Assembly: GCF_009914755.1 (NCBI RefSeq)
Contig: NC_060935.1
Source of the DNA: the human T2T-CHM13v2.0 reference genome, Homo sapiens
DNA length: 64,000 bases
Reading direction: 5' to 3' (one strand)
Positions 27,893 through 47,419 of this stretch are shown here, piece by piece; position 1 is the first letter of the stretch; every line of letters starts with the position of its first letter. Under the pieces are notes generated by a model. It worked only from the letters and a program-made list of their open reading frames with translations, did not search any database and was not told the origin of the DNA. The translations under genes and the position numbers were made by a program.

Positions 27893-28489
27893 AAGAATGG
27901 GGATCTTTCTTTGTGCCCGGACATGTCCTGCCCAGGACTCTGCTATCTGTCAGGAACAAGAAGTCCACACACACAGGTCTGGTGCACCAGGAAACTCAAG
28001 GGCAGGGAGGTGGCCTAGTCAAGGTCACTGCACCCCCGTGGTAAAAAGGAGACATAAACACCCTGGCAGCCACAGCACCCCCTAGTGGATACCCTGAGAC
28101 CGGCGCTCTCCCCAGACACAGGACTGAGGTCATAGGCAAGGCTGGAGAGGCAGGCACCGGCTCTGAGAACCTCCTCCTCCAGAAGAGGGGGCCTGCGGGG
28201 GCTCCCTGGCTTATCTCCTGCACATGGCAGCCCAATTTCATTAAGACGGATGCGCCATGCTCCTGTGGGCAGGAGCCGTGGCCGACACAGATGGCAGGAA
28301 CCTGAGACTCTCCCGGGTGCTACCCAAGCAAGTGGCCTCAGCTGGCAGCCCACGGGGACAGGGCCCAGGGAGGCCTGCACTGTGCCTGAGGGTGTGGGGG
28401 TTTGTTCCGTCCCTGCAACTTCAAGCCCTGCCACCCGCCAGCCAGGCATCCCCACTTCTATGCTTCTGCCCAACCTCCCACCTCACTCC

Positions 28490-28800
28490 CACCACATCCC
28501 ATACAAACACACATCACACCACACACACCCTCCATCACCCACACCCCATGCATCACACAAGCACAGACACACACACATCACGCACACACACGCATCACAC
28601 ACATCATACAAATGCATACGCACACCCCACACACATAGGCCAAACTCCTGACCTCACACACACACTCTATCACACACACCCCACGCATCACACAAGCACA
28701 GACACAAACATGCTACATCACAAACACACGCACCGCACACATCACACACACAGGCCAAACTCCTGACCTCACACACACACCATCACACACATCCCAATCA
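28490..28800. repeat. CA-rich low-complexity region with an internal duplication
   Basis: Degenerate (CA)n; aggccaaactcctgacctcacacacac occurs twice. Confidence 0.9.
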
Positions 28801-28823
28801 CATCTCATAGCCCAATAATGTAA

Positions 28824-29881
<1,058 letters not shown>

Positions 29882-32800
29882 TGACGGAGGTCACAGGCAG
29901 ATGCCTCTTCAGGGAGGGGAAAGAGTGAGGGGGGCGGGCAGGGGGACACCTGGCAACTGCCCTCTCCAAGGATCCCCAGGGCCCTGCTGAGTGGCAAGAG
30001 AGATGCCCACAGCCTGGCTGGAGACCCCTTCAACCCCACAGCTTTTCAGGATGGAGGAGGGTGGGGGGTTGGGAGCTCTCCCCGCCCCCTTTCCCTCACA
30101 GCCCTCTCCTAGCTCCCACTGCACCCTTCCCCTCCACATCCCTGCAGCTGGACCCAAGCCCAGGCAGCGACAGCCCCTCCCATATGGCAGCAGGAACAAA
30201 GAGAACTGTTCCCCACAACAAAATCCAGAAGCTCCGGCGGGCGGCCAGATCTCAAGCTCCCAGCCCAGTGTGACCCACGGCGTTCTCCATGGGCCACTGA
30301 CGCCCGCGGGGCCAGCACTGCTCCTGGCTTCAAAAATATAAATTTAAAAATCCCCACCCCAAGATAATTGCTCTCTCCTCTGGCTTATTGTGGTGGCTCC
30401 GTGGTAGGCACTGAGAAGCAATTATTCACGGCTAATGATTATAATCAAGTCAAATAGAATTTAATGGACACGTATTCTCTTCCTGCTTGAAACTTTACAT
30501 ATGAATTAAGCACATATGGGTTTCACGAGGCACAGACGCAGATTTATGCAGCCCCGAAAAGCCCTGCCGTTGCCAACGACTTTTATTCCACTAATAAACA
30601 GGCTGATATATGGGCTCCTGGGAACTGCAATCTCTGCTGCCCCCTGGTGGGCACAGGGGCTGGGGTGGGAGCCAAGGCCACCCAGGACCCTGGAGGCCTG
30701 ACCAGTGCCAAAGCCACTTTGAACGCTGGGGTTCCACAAAGCCCTGGACGGCTGAAAGGAGACTCGGGCTCTGTGTGGGAAGCCCGTGTTCAGACCCTGC
30801 CTCCGTCATTCCCTGGGATTCCAGGCGGGTACCGGGTCCTCCTGGCTGTGAGAGTCTAGAACAAAAAGATCCCAGGAGAACACACCAAGAGGTGTATGGG
30901 TAAACTGAGGCAAGCAGGGGGAGGTGAAAGCTGATCATTTGCAGGAGGTACCATGTCCCTCGGCACCGCTGGGACAGGGGTGATGCCCAGAACGGCGCTG
31001 ATGACACCAGTTTCAGCACCAGTGCGAGGTGCTGAGCCCCGATTCCCGCCAGGTGCTGAGTGACCGTCATTTGCACGTCACGTGCATCAGCTCCGAGTGC
31101 CCCCAGTAACCTGACGGGTGGTTTCTTCACCACCCTCATTTTGCAGAGGAGGAAACAGAGGCCTAGGCAAGGACACAGAGAAGGGGAGTCCACAGAGAAA
31201 CTCAGCCAGCACTGCCCCAGCCCTGGCCCTGGTGCAAATGGAGCTGGCACTAAACCGCTTCTGATGGAGCTGCTGCATCCAAAACCTGGCGACTCCCAAG
31301 GGCACTTAGGAAGCAGCGTTAATCACGCCCACAGCCCGGGTGCAGCCTCCGGAGCGCCCCCATTCCATCTGAACCCATCAACACCCCACCTTGGTCCCTG
31401 CACCCTTTCTCCTGGCCCATGTTGCAGCGAACCACCAACCCAAGGGGGACAGAGCTCACAAGATGCCTCATTTTCCCTCCGGCCACTTTGCAGCTCAGCA
31501 AGAAGGTACCGCTGCAGTACCTCTCACACGCTTGCCAGTGACTGGCAGGGCTGGAGTACCCACTGGCCTGCCTGACTGCCCCCTCAGCCACAGCCCCAAG
31601 GCTCTGCCCTTCTGCTCCAGGCCAGCCCCTCCTGGGCACAGGCAGCAAGAACGCCCTTCTCCCCTAGGCCGCTGTAACGTCTGCCAACCCAGATGTGGCT
31701 TTGTCTTAGCTGTGTGTCCTCAGATGGACTAGCAGTTCTCATCCTAGTGGCCCTAGAGAAACACACCAGAACCACCTGCAGAAGCCCAAGGTGACCCTAG
31801 CTCTCCCTGCTGCCCTCAGCCAGCCACACTGAGCAGAAACTCCTGCCTACGTGTAACCTGTCACCTGTGTGCCTAGACAGGGAATGTGCGGGCAAGGCAC
31901 CCCCATATGACTATCCAGCTTTGCAGTCAACAGTGGGAAGACGCATAGAGCAAGGTTGCTTCAGGAAACACAACTCAGACCCCACGGACCAGGCCCGGGG
32001 CGGCCGAGTGAACTCCCCTCTCCGGATCCTAGAGCCTGTCACTCACAGAGATTAACGGAAATGCTCACAGCATCAGCACCACCATGCCCCAGAGTCACTG
32101 GGGGACAGCGCTGGGGCCAGGCACGACCGCTACAAGCGCAAAGTGGGGACGAAGGAGACTCGAGAAGCTCCTGGGGGTGCCCTGGGCCTGCACAGGTTAG
32201 GGAGGGGCTGGCACAGCAGGGTTTTCCCTGTGAGCTGGAGCCCAAGACGAGAGGACCTGCCCCCCATATTCAGGGTCTGAGAAAGAGGCCCCCCTTCCTC
32301 CAATGCTTGGTGCAGATGCCAGGTAAGCAAAGGAGCAAGCGAGCAGGCGGGCGAGGGCCGGGGTTCAGCCGCCACTCAACCTGTTCCACAAGCCACCTGC
32401 TCGACTTAACCAGCCCTTGGCACCCCATGCCAAAGTCCTTTCCTGGCGCCTTTGACCTTGCCAGACAACCACTAGCTGTGTGGAGTAGCAGCCCCCTTCC
32501 TCCCTCCCACAAAGAGGCAGCCGGCTCCCATACTCATCACAATAAACTGCCAAGCCAGCAAGAGGCGAGCGCAGGAAGCTGAGCAGCTCCTGTTTCTAGG
32601 CTCTGGAAAGCTGCCAGGGCATGGCAGGGGACCTCTCTGCCCCCACTATCCCTCGACAAGCTCCCTCACCCGCCCAGGTCTGAAGCGGGGGCAGGCCAGG
32701 CCAAAGGCAGAGGAAGGCAGGCGCTGGTTGGGGCTTCTGTGGCCCCCCAAGGTCAGACCTCCCCGCTGTGGCCTCTGCCTTCCTGGCAGGGCAGCCCAGT

Positions 32801-33059
32801 TTCAGCCCAGCTCTCCCCCTTCCCCGGCCACTAATGGGTCTCAGTGGAGCAAGGCGCCCCCGACACAGCAGGTCAGGGTTTCAAGGGAAGAGGAGCCCGA
32901 GTGGCCGACACGTTGGGCTGCCATGGCGCCAGCAGGCCGTCCTTGCCAGCAACCCGAGCCTCACTGGAGCCAGGTGGCGTCCACCCAGGCCTGGCACAGC
33001 AGAGCAGAGCAAAGGCAACAGGGCGGCCACCAGGTCTCTGGTTCAGGCCAGCCACTCAC

Positions 33060-33176
33060 CGGCGTTGACGATGGCGTCCACCTCCAGCTTGGTGATGTCG
33101 CTGCGGAGCAGGGAGATTTTCTCATTGAGCTGCTTGTCCTTTTTATACCTGGGCTCCTCCACCTTCACAGCCACCC
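33060..33176 (-). CDS. MACROD1: MACROD1 coding exon 3 (117 nt; GVAVKVEEPRYKKDKQLNEKISLLRSDITKLEVDAIVNA), start of the macrodomain
   Basis: Acceptor ttccag before 33176 and donor G|gtgagt after 33060. DITKLEVDAIVNA is the hallmark macrodomain motif, and the frame is continuous with exon 2. Confidence 0.97.
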
Positions 33177-33667
33177 CTGGAACAAGTAGGGGCCGGGGAG
33201 GTCACAGCGAGGCTGCCCACTGCAGAGGGACCCAGCCAGGGCCCAGGGGCCAGGGCCTTCCCTATCGACCTCCCTCCACCTCCAGGGGCAGCCTGCAGCA
33301 CGATGACTGCTGACCCAGTACCAGGAACCCACACTGAGGAGCACCTACTGCGTGCTAAAATCACGCGGGGACTCCTTGCATCTTCACAGCAAGGCCACCA
33401 GCAGGTACAGTGCCAATATCATCTATCCCATTTCACAGAGGTAGAAACTGAGGATTAGGTGGGTCAGAGACTTGCCTAGGGTTATGGGTCACCAGGCCTG
33501 CTGTCTCACCAACACACCCCACTGTAAGCAACCAAATCGCAGCTTCAAACCCCAGCTCCCCACAAGCAAGTAATCTCGGGCAGGTGGCTCACCTAACCTA
33601 GGGCTCTGTTTCCAACCATACAATGGGGATAAAAATTGCACTTGTTGTGTTAATAATTGAATGAGAT

Positions 33668-34108
<441 letters not shown>

Positions 34109-34112
34109 CTAC

Positions 34113-34214
34113 CTTTCGCCATCTCCTTCCATGTCGGGATCTTCTTCAGCCTGACAAAGTCCTTGCAGAAGTAATGTTCCTCCCGCTGCTTGTCACTCAG
34201 GCCCTTCAGAAAGG
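34113..34214 (-). CDS. MACROD1: MACROD1 coding exon 2 (102 nt; SFLKGLSDKQREEHYFCKDFVRLKKIPTWKEMAK)
   Basis: Pyrimidine tract plus ctgcag acceptor, and donor G|gtaggc. The peptide is visible inside ORF 33949..34356(-). Confidence 0.97.
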
Positions 34215-36542
34215 CTGCAGAGGCAGGAAGGAGGATCAGGGTGGGGGCAGAGGAACGGGCCTGGGGCTTGCACCCCCACATCTCCTTTCTTGCCTCATCC
34301 AAGAATGCAAACCAGCTCTTCCTGTCCCTCCTTCTCTGGGCACACAGGGCAGGCATGCTGGGGAAACCTCAGAGGCCCCTAGAATATCTTGTCCTGCTCT
34401 CTTTGTTCAGGGAGGGAAACTGAGGTCTGGGGAGGCTGAGGGACTGGCTCAGGCATCGCAGACCTGGGTTGTGATGAATTCAGCTCTGCCACTTTCCAGC
34501 AGCGTCCACATCTCTCTGGGTCCCCCGTTTCTCCCTGATTAGAACGGGGGTGAAGACGTCCCCTGCAGAACAGCTCCGAGCTTCCTCCCACACACTAAGG
34601 CCAAGCCGGTTGGCAGCACTCAGCCAGCGACATTATCCATCAGTCCCACCGCCAGTCAGTTCTGCCCTCACTGTCACTGCATGCAGGCAGCGGGACAGCT
34701 GTCCTCCTCCAGGAGCTGCAGGACCAAGTGGACCTGGCACCTGTCCCCAACATCCCCCCCGGCAGCGGCTGAGGGCTCCCAGCATGACCAATGGGGTTGG
34801 AATCGTTCTCGTTTTACAGATGAGGAAACCGGGGCTCAGGGAGGTTGGGAGGCCACCCTCACACAGCAGGGACTTGAGTGAGGAGCCAGGCACCCCCCAC
34901 CCGCTCACAGACTCGGGGTCCACCCTGGCCGGCTCCCCTTGCCTGAGCACTGTCCCATGGGCTCCGCCTTCCCTTGGGGGTGGCACCAGGCACAGAAACC
35001 TGGAACCCGTCTCAGAAGGGCCCGCCCCGACCGCGCCGGGCCAGGCTAGCAGCTCACGGGCTCCCCCTGCTGGCCCGAGGCCGCCTGCACACCCAGGCGC
35101 TCAGCCCAGCCTGGCACCCTGGACCACAGGCTCCCGGGATGGGGCAGCCCCCACGGCAAACAGCAAAGGCTACAATTGAGAAACTCAAAAAGCATCAAAA
35201 AATATGTAGAGGCGGGAGAGCAATTAGAGGAGGTGGTGAGAAAGGAAGGACTGCAGCCTGGAAGCTTCTATGCACATGGCAGTGAGGGGGACAGGTAGGT
35301 CCCTCCACAAATGTTCAGGGAGGTTGGGAGGCCACCCTCACACAGCAGGGTGTTTTCCCGGCCAGAGTCACTTCATCATCCAGGCCTCCATCTCCTCATC
35401 TAACCACTGCTGGCAGGGGTGATAACAACCCAAGGATGCTGAGAGCATTAGATGACAGAACTCATGCAAGGGGCCCAGTCCAGAGTCCCTGCTGGATGCA
35501 AAGGTGGGGTCATCACAAAAGGCTAGGCCCACCCCTGGTCAGCCCCCACTGCTGCTCAAGCCAGAGCCACCTTTCCTGGCAGCCACTTCTGCCCCCTCTT
35601 CCATAAACATGTTTGGGCACGAGTAGGTCCTGCATTCAGTACCAGCGCTGCCACCTGCCAAGCCCACCTCCCAGAGGACTCACTGCTGCAGGTCCCCCTC
35701 CACCAGGCTGTCCTGCCTGCCCTCAAATAATCCCGTCCCCTCCCTCAACGCCCGCATTCCACGCCCCTGCAGCTGCCCCCTCCTCTGCTGTCTCCACTTC
35801 TTCCCTCCCATGCTCCCTTCAGTCCACCCAGTCTGGTCCCTCCTTCCAACAAGGTCAAGGTCACCACACCCCATGCAGCGGCCCCTCCTGCCTTCCCTGT
35901 GGACAGGAAGTGTCCTTGCTGCTTTCCTCCCTAGGTCTTCTAATCAGTTGCACAGATTCAAAACGCTCTTTAAGCAAGCAACCTCCGGGGCTGTCCCTCC
36001 ACTCTCTTCTGAGCCTCTGACCCCCACAGTGCCTGCCTGCTCTCATTCCCCAAAGCCCAGGCATGCAAAACAGAACGTTTGACTCTTTCCCCCAAAACGT
36101 CATTTTTTTGTTGCTCCATTCTTCCCTCTTTTTTACTCGAGACCCTGCACCAGGGGTCCCTCCCTTTCCATCCTCTTTTGGATTGATCCCCGTGACACCC
36201 TAGAAACCAAGCCTTCCTCTCACCCTCCAGGACTGAGCCTTCCTCATGGCTCCCTAGATCCCACAGACGCTCCCAACTCCCAGCTGATCCCCGTGTGCAT
36301 CTCATCCCCATCTGTTCCTTGACCGGCAGCCATGGATCCTGGGAACATAAATCAGGTGCCATCCCTCCTCTGTTCAAAACTGCATTCAAACGCCGGTCCT
36401 CTGGCCTCTCTCCCACCTCACTCCCAATGCTGCCTCCCCCACTACACCAGTTCCCCAAACAGCCAGGCTGCTTCCTGCCCCAGGCCCTTTGTACCTGCTG
36501 TGCTCTGCAGGATATGGGATAGTTTGCTTTTGTTTACACTTA

Positions 36543-36838
36543 TTCTTTTATTTTTTTTTGAGACGGAGTCTCACTCTGTCGCCCAGGCTGGAGTGCAGTG
36601 GCACGATCTTGGCTCACTGCAACCTGCACTCCTGGATTCAAGCAATTCTCCTGCCTCAGCCTCCCTAGTAGCTGGGATTACACGCGTGTGCCAGCACACC
36701 CAACTAATTTTTGTATTTTAATAGAGATGGGGTTTCACCATGTTGGCCAGGCTGGACTTGAACTCCTGACCTCAAGCAATCCACCCATGTCAGCCTCCCG
36801 AAGTGCTGGAATTACAGGCGTGAGCCACGGCGCCGGCC
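36543..36838 (-). mobile_element. Alu (AluS-like)
   Basis: Reverse Alu consensus. Confidence 0.93.
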
Positions 36839-37526
36839 CCCTTTCTTGATCTTGGCCATCTTGACCTGTAGGTTCCATAGGGGATCTGCTGTGTTTGCCA
36901 TCAGATTCCCACCACCTGGCACGGTGTGTGGGCACCTGAGGGTGCCTGAGGGGCACGCTGAGGAATAAATGAGCCAAGACCAAAGGTTGAGGGCGAGTTT
37001 GCTAAGTACAGAGTCTTCTAGGCAGAGGGAACAGTATGTGCAAAAGCCCAGAGGTAAGAGGGAGCCAGAGATGATCCCCTAATTAAAAAAGAAAAAAAAG
37101 AGAGAGAGCATTTGGGTGGAGAAAGTGAGGCCAGTCGGTCTCTCCAGGTCTGCCTCCCCGTCTGAGGATGGACAGATGCTGGTGGCAGCCGGCCTAGACC
37201 CAGGCTGCGCCTTTTCTTCTGTTATAGGTCCCGCCAGGTTTGGGTTCGTGACCTCCCAACACCATGCTCAGTTTGAAGCCTTGGGTTTTCCCATCTCTGG
37301 AATAGGGACAAGGCAGGCCTTCCCTTGCTAACACCCAGGCTTGCTGGGAGGGTCAAAGGAGAAGGTGGCTGTGTGCTGCAAAGTGCGGTCTACACGCCAG
37401 ACACACTCACTCCTTCCTGGCGGCTAAATAATGCCCAAAGAGAACAAAGCAAACAGGACAAAATTGTGGAGAACTTTTTTTTCCAACTTGGGGACACAGC
37501 AGCCGGAGGAACTTTTCTAATTATTT

Positions 37527-38354
<828 letters not shown>

Positions 38355-38505
38355 TCAGGTGCCCTAGCAGATATCATCTGGCAGATGCCACCACCTTGTT
38401 CTAGAGAGGAGGCAGAGTGACCTGCCCCCAGTCACACATAAGCGAGAGGAACCTGAACTTGCTCCCACACTGCCCTCCCTAAGCATGGTAGCCTGGTCTG
38501 AGTGA

Positions 38506-39230
<725 letters not shown>

Positions 39231-40211
39231 TAACATTTCCCACCTCCTCCTGTAAGAAGGACAAATGCAGACTTAAAGCACAAGTGAGTTTTATTTGTTA
39301 TAAAAGATGTAAAACATGCATTTTCATTTTCTTTCATTTTTGAAGAGGCAAGAGTATTTCACAGTTCAGTGAGATAGGTGTTGTAAAAAGATGTCCGCAG
39401 TAAATTTTGATGGAGAGGCCTGACCCCAGACGAAGCTTCCAGCGGCTCCCAGGCACGAAAGCCAAGCAGGAGGAAGCAGGCTCCACCAGAACCATAAAGT
39501 GCAGCGGGCGAATGGGAATTCAATGCTGTGTTTTAAGAAGTGTCTTTATGGCACTTTGCAAGATGGTGTTCAGAGAGGTGAGGGCAGGCTGGGGCACCAA
39601 GGCAGGGCTCCTCTCAGAGAGAATGCCAGGTGGGCAGGGCTGATAAAGGCTGGGCTCCCAGAATGCAGCGGCATTTAGACTCGGTGGCAGGGGCATTAAT
39701 CACCTGCGCTCACCGGCCCGCAAGAACAGGGTCTTGTCAAAGCCCACAGCTCGAGCAAAAGGGAGACGGAGCACGCAGCACCTTGGAGCCCCTCTCCTCT
39801 ACCCTGCCCCCTTGTCTCTGCCCACACCAGGGCATTGGCAAGGCTGCGTCCCCAAAAGACAGGTGGGAGAAGCCCCCCGACTCCCAGGGGTACCTGGAAA
39901 ATTTGCCAGTGCTGCAGTCAAATCAGATAAGCCATCCACTCTGGATGAAATCCCACGGGGGCTGAAATTAGCCCTGGCTTCTGCACAGTGTGGTGTGAGG
40001 CTGGAGCGTAGCAGCCCCACCTTGAGTCACCAAGGAGAGGATGGCTTAGGCTGTGCATGCTCAGGGCCCCAGCACGTGAGACAAGCCTACAAGAGCCCAG
40101 TGTCACCACGGCCAGCACAGAGCAGAGAGAGGAGACAGGCCTGAGGGCCTGAGGGGTGACAAGGAAGGGGAGGCTGCTGGGACCCATTCTGGGCCATGAT
40201 ATATAAAATCA

Positions 40212-40363
40212 TTTCTTTTCTTTTCTTTTTTTAATTTTATTTTTAGGAGAGACAAGGTCTGGATATATTGCCCAGGCTGGTCTCGAACTCCTGGGCTCTA
40301 GCAATCCTCCCACCTTGGCCCCTAAAGTGCTGGGATTACAGGCGTGAGCCACCACGCCTGGCC
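40212..40363 (-). mobile_element. Alu left monomer (FLAM-like)
   Basis: Single arm with a T tail. Confidence 0.85.
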
Positions 40364-40724
40364 CAAAGTGGTTTCTAATGTGATCCCAGCACAACCTCCA
40401 AGCAGGTGCCATTGGTCCCATTTTATGGATGAGGAAACTGAGGCTTGGAGAGCGAGGAAGCAGCAGCACGTCTCCACATCTGACAACAATGTCCCTGCTC
40501 TTTGTGGCTCACAGCTCTGCCTGCCAGGGGCTGTTGGAACAAGGACCCAAAGCCAGGCCCCTCCTGTGATGATACAGCGCCAGATACCGACAAGGGCCCA
40601 ACCTAAGTCCCTCATGCCCAACTGCCTTTACAGTGAGGGTGTTTCCATGATCTTCTGATGAAAAGGCACTCCCGGGGGGATAAAGAAGTGCCTCAAAACT
40701 GAGGGTATTCAATTAGAGAAAGTA

Positions 40725-41647
<923 letters not shown>

Positions 41648-42284
41648 AATTAGAGAAAGTAACCCCTGGCTAGTAAAATCAGACACTGCTGAAGTGTCCC
41701 CAAAAGACTGAAAGTCTCCCAGCCAGGAAGATCCAGCCTGAAGGTATGTACATACCTAGAGGGAGAATGGGCCCATGGAAATGAGCGTCAGCCTGGAGGT
41801 AAAGAAAAGGAGTGTCCAGGGGGAAGCTGAATTTGGCCGTCAGCTTGGAGGACAAGCTGGGCCATGGGCTGGGCATCCTTACATGGGTCCAGAGCAGGCA
41901 CTCAGCACTGCATATAGATGGAAATACCGAGCAAACGCCCGGGGAAGGGGATCCTTGTGGGTGGGCTGACCCTTCTCAAACAGGGAAGCTTACCTGCCTT
42001 GCCCAGGGCAAGGCTTCCAAAATCACTCAACCAGCCCTGGATGAGATCGCATGCTCTGAGCAATCCTAAGATTACAATTTGGCTTCCATGAGGCTTTCCC
42101 ATAGGGAGAGGAGGCTCTGCTCAGGCACACCTGAGTTTTCAGACCCACTGCCATTATGTTTCCCCACCACAAACTGCACATATGCCTTCTGACCTATACG
42201 TCAGTCTCTTGTGAGTTTGGTTACTGTGTGCCAGGCTTTGAGAGAGGATCCTCTCAGGCAGACAAGTATTTGGAGGCCTATCTA

Positions 42285-43330
<1,046 letters not shown>

Positions 43331-43472
43331 TTGGCTGAAAGTGTGATTTGAATGTAACGATGAAAAGTGTAGCAGTCTTCAAGGGCCACGGCTCAGACCC
43401 TAATCAAAGGCAGAGTCCAGCTGGGGCAGCCCCCCAGATCTCCCATAATGTGATGGCTTAAAAAATACACTT

Positions 43473-45275
<1,803 letters not shown>

Positions 45276-45279
45276 AAGA

Positions 45280-45787
45280 AAATAAAAACACACCTTCAAA
45301 TTCTTTGAGATTCTTTCTTTCAAGAGGTAGAGCCTAATTTCCCTCTCCTGGAGTATGGCCAGACTCCCTGACTCGATTCTGACCCCTAGAATAAAGCAGG
45401 AGAGACTTCGAAGACGAGGTCACAAAGAAGGCACTGCAGCTCCATCGGGGTCTCCTCACGATCCCTCTCGTGGAGCATATGCTCTGGGGGAAAAGCTTAG
45501 GACATCTATCCCATGTGAGGCACTCAAGCAGCCCCATGGAGAGGCCCCAAAGTGACCAACCGAGGCCTCTCACCAAATGCCATTTTATGGGAGGGAGCTG
45601 TTTAGGAAGCCCATCCTCCAGCCCTAACCAAGTCCCACCCGGCCTCAGAGGGAGGGAGACCCTGAGCTAGAACCACCCAGCTAAGCTTCTCTCAGTTTCC
45701 TGACCCTCAAGAGATGGAGAGAATGCAGGTTTGCTGTTTTACGCCACTAAGGTTCGGGGTGTTTTGTTACACAGAAATAGATAACTA
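45280..45787 (+). mobile_element. MaLR LTR (MLT1F-like); its 5' end probably lies at ~43450, before the Alu cluster
   Basis: MLT1 3' end gctgttttacgccactaaggttcggggtgttttgttacacagaaatagataact; internal gaaccacccagctaagc. Confidence 0.8.
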
Positions 45788-47419
45788 TTGGGGGATCTCC
45801 ACATCTCACCCCCAAAAGCGTCCCTCTAACTGTGGCTTCAGTAGCAGGCAGAGCCCCAGACCAGCCCCACTCCTTGGGCCTGGCCCACTGTCACTCAATA
45901 ACGGGTCTGGAATATCATTACCCAGCTGGATGCCTCTTCTCAGGCCACCACCCCTGAGACGCCTCCTCTGATCTCCCCAGCTCAGGTGGCCCCATCTGCT
46001 ATGGTGTCTTCACAGCACTGAGGTTACCGGGCCTTGTCTCAGCTGCTAGAACACATTCTTTACAATAGATGCTTTGTAATCCTCACACCAGATTACAAGC
46101 TCCATGAGGGCAGGGCCCTTGCCTATCTGACACATGTCTGAGTCCCCAGCCTGACCACCTAGGGGGCGTTCAATAAAAGTTTGCTGCATGATTGGAAATC
46201 CCACCTCGAAGCAAAAGGGAGACCCCAGTGACAACACAGCAGCCCAGGAACCCCAGCCCCATCACAAGGTCCGGTTGCTTTCCTGGCACCAAGGAGTGGG
46301 GCTGTGGGGGCTGGATCCTAAAAACAGCGGCAGCCCTCGAGCAGGTGCCTGGGCACCTTGTCTCCGTAGCTCTTTCCCACCCTCCTGGGTTGTTGTCCTC
46401 TGAGAGAGTGCTCAGGGGAGCAGGGGTCTCTGTGGGGACAGTGGCTCCCCCTCCAGGGGTCTCTGCCAGCCCCAAACTCCTCCTGCTGTTCTGGGGCAAG
46501 GGCCAAGTGCCTGACAAGTTCTCCATCTGCTCACGGGCTAAAGTCGGTGCTTTCTGCCGTCACTTTTAGATCCTGGCGCAGGCCACACAATTCATGTCAG
46601 GAGTAAATCATTTTGATTTCCACCTCTGGTCCCGAGAAAGCCATCTTCTCTTCACCCCTAACACCGCAGGACCCCCCCATCCTGCCTGCCCAGCCCGGAG
46701 GCCACACCTACTCCACCACGGAGGCCCAGCCAATTAGCCACTTCCCTGCACTTTTGAAAGGGGATCCAGCCGGGAAGAGTCACAGGATCCCAGGAGGCAG
46801 GCCCTGAAAGGCAGGGGCAGCTGGGTGCCCGGCAGGGCTATTTGGGGCTCAGTAGCGGCAGCTTGGGTTCTCTCTCTCCCCAGGCCCCAGACTCATGCCC
46901 CCTCCAGGAGCAAGAGGAAGTGGTGTGATTCTTGAAGGGTGTCATCAGTTGTCACAGGGACAAGACCCCACCTCTGCCCTGCTCCTCTAACCTCTGTTCC
47001 TGGCATGAGCAAACTGCTCACAAGTGGCCAGAGGCCAGCGAGAAGGGGAAAAGGGCGCCAGACCACGTGCCCAGGAAGGCATCAGAGTGCGGGCTTGGGG
47101 TGGGGTGGAGGCAGGACAGGCCAGCCCAGGAAGGTCACTCTGTGAGGTTACGTGCCCCACCAGGTGGGACGCCAGCCCCGGAGCTGTTCCCTCAGCCCCA
47201 TTCCCGAACACTTAAGAACCACACTGTGCAAAGTTTGGAGAGTCCGGGATCATAACCTCCACTTTGCCACCAGCTCCGAGTGACCTTGGGGAAGCCAGCT
47301 GTGGCACTCGGCCTCAGTTTCCCTCCTGCACAGGGAAGGAAGTTGGTAGGTCCTGCACAATCTCTGGGGTGCCCTGTGACCCATTCCAATGGGGTAAGGA
47401 AGGCCGCCTTCCTCACGCT

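Noticed and set aside
28257-28766. His/Thr-rich ORFs
   Set aside because: Translation of the CA-rich low-complexity repeat
46153-46170. CTCF-like ccacctagggggcg
   Set aside because: Spacing deviates from the core consensus and it lies within an L2-like 3' end; too weak to call
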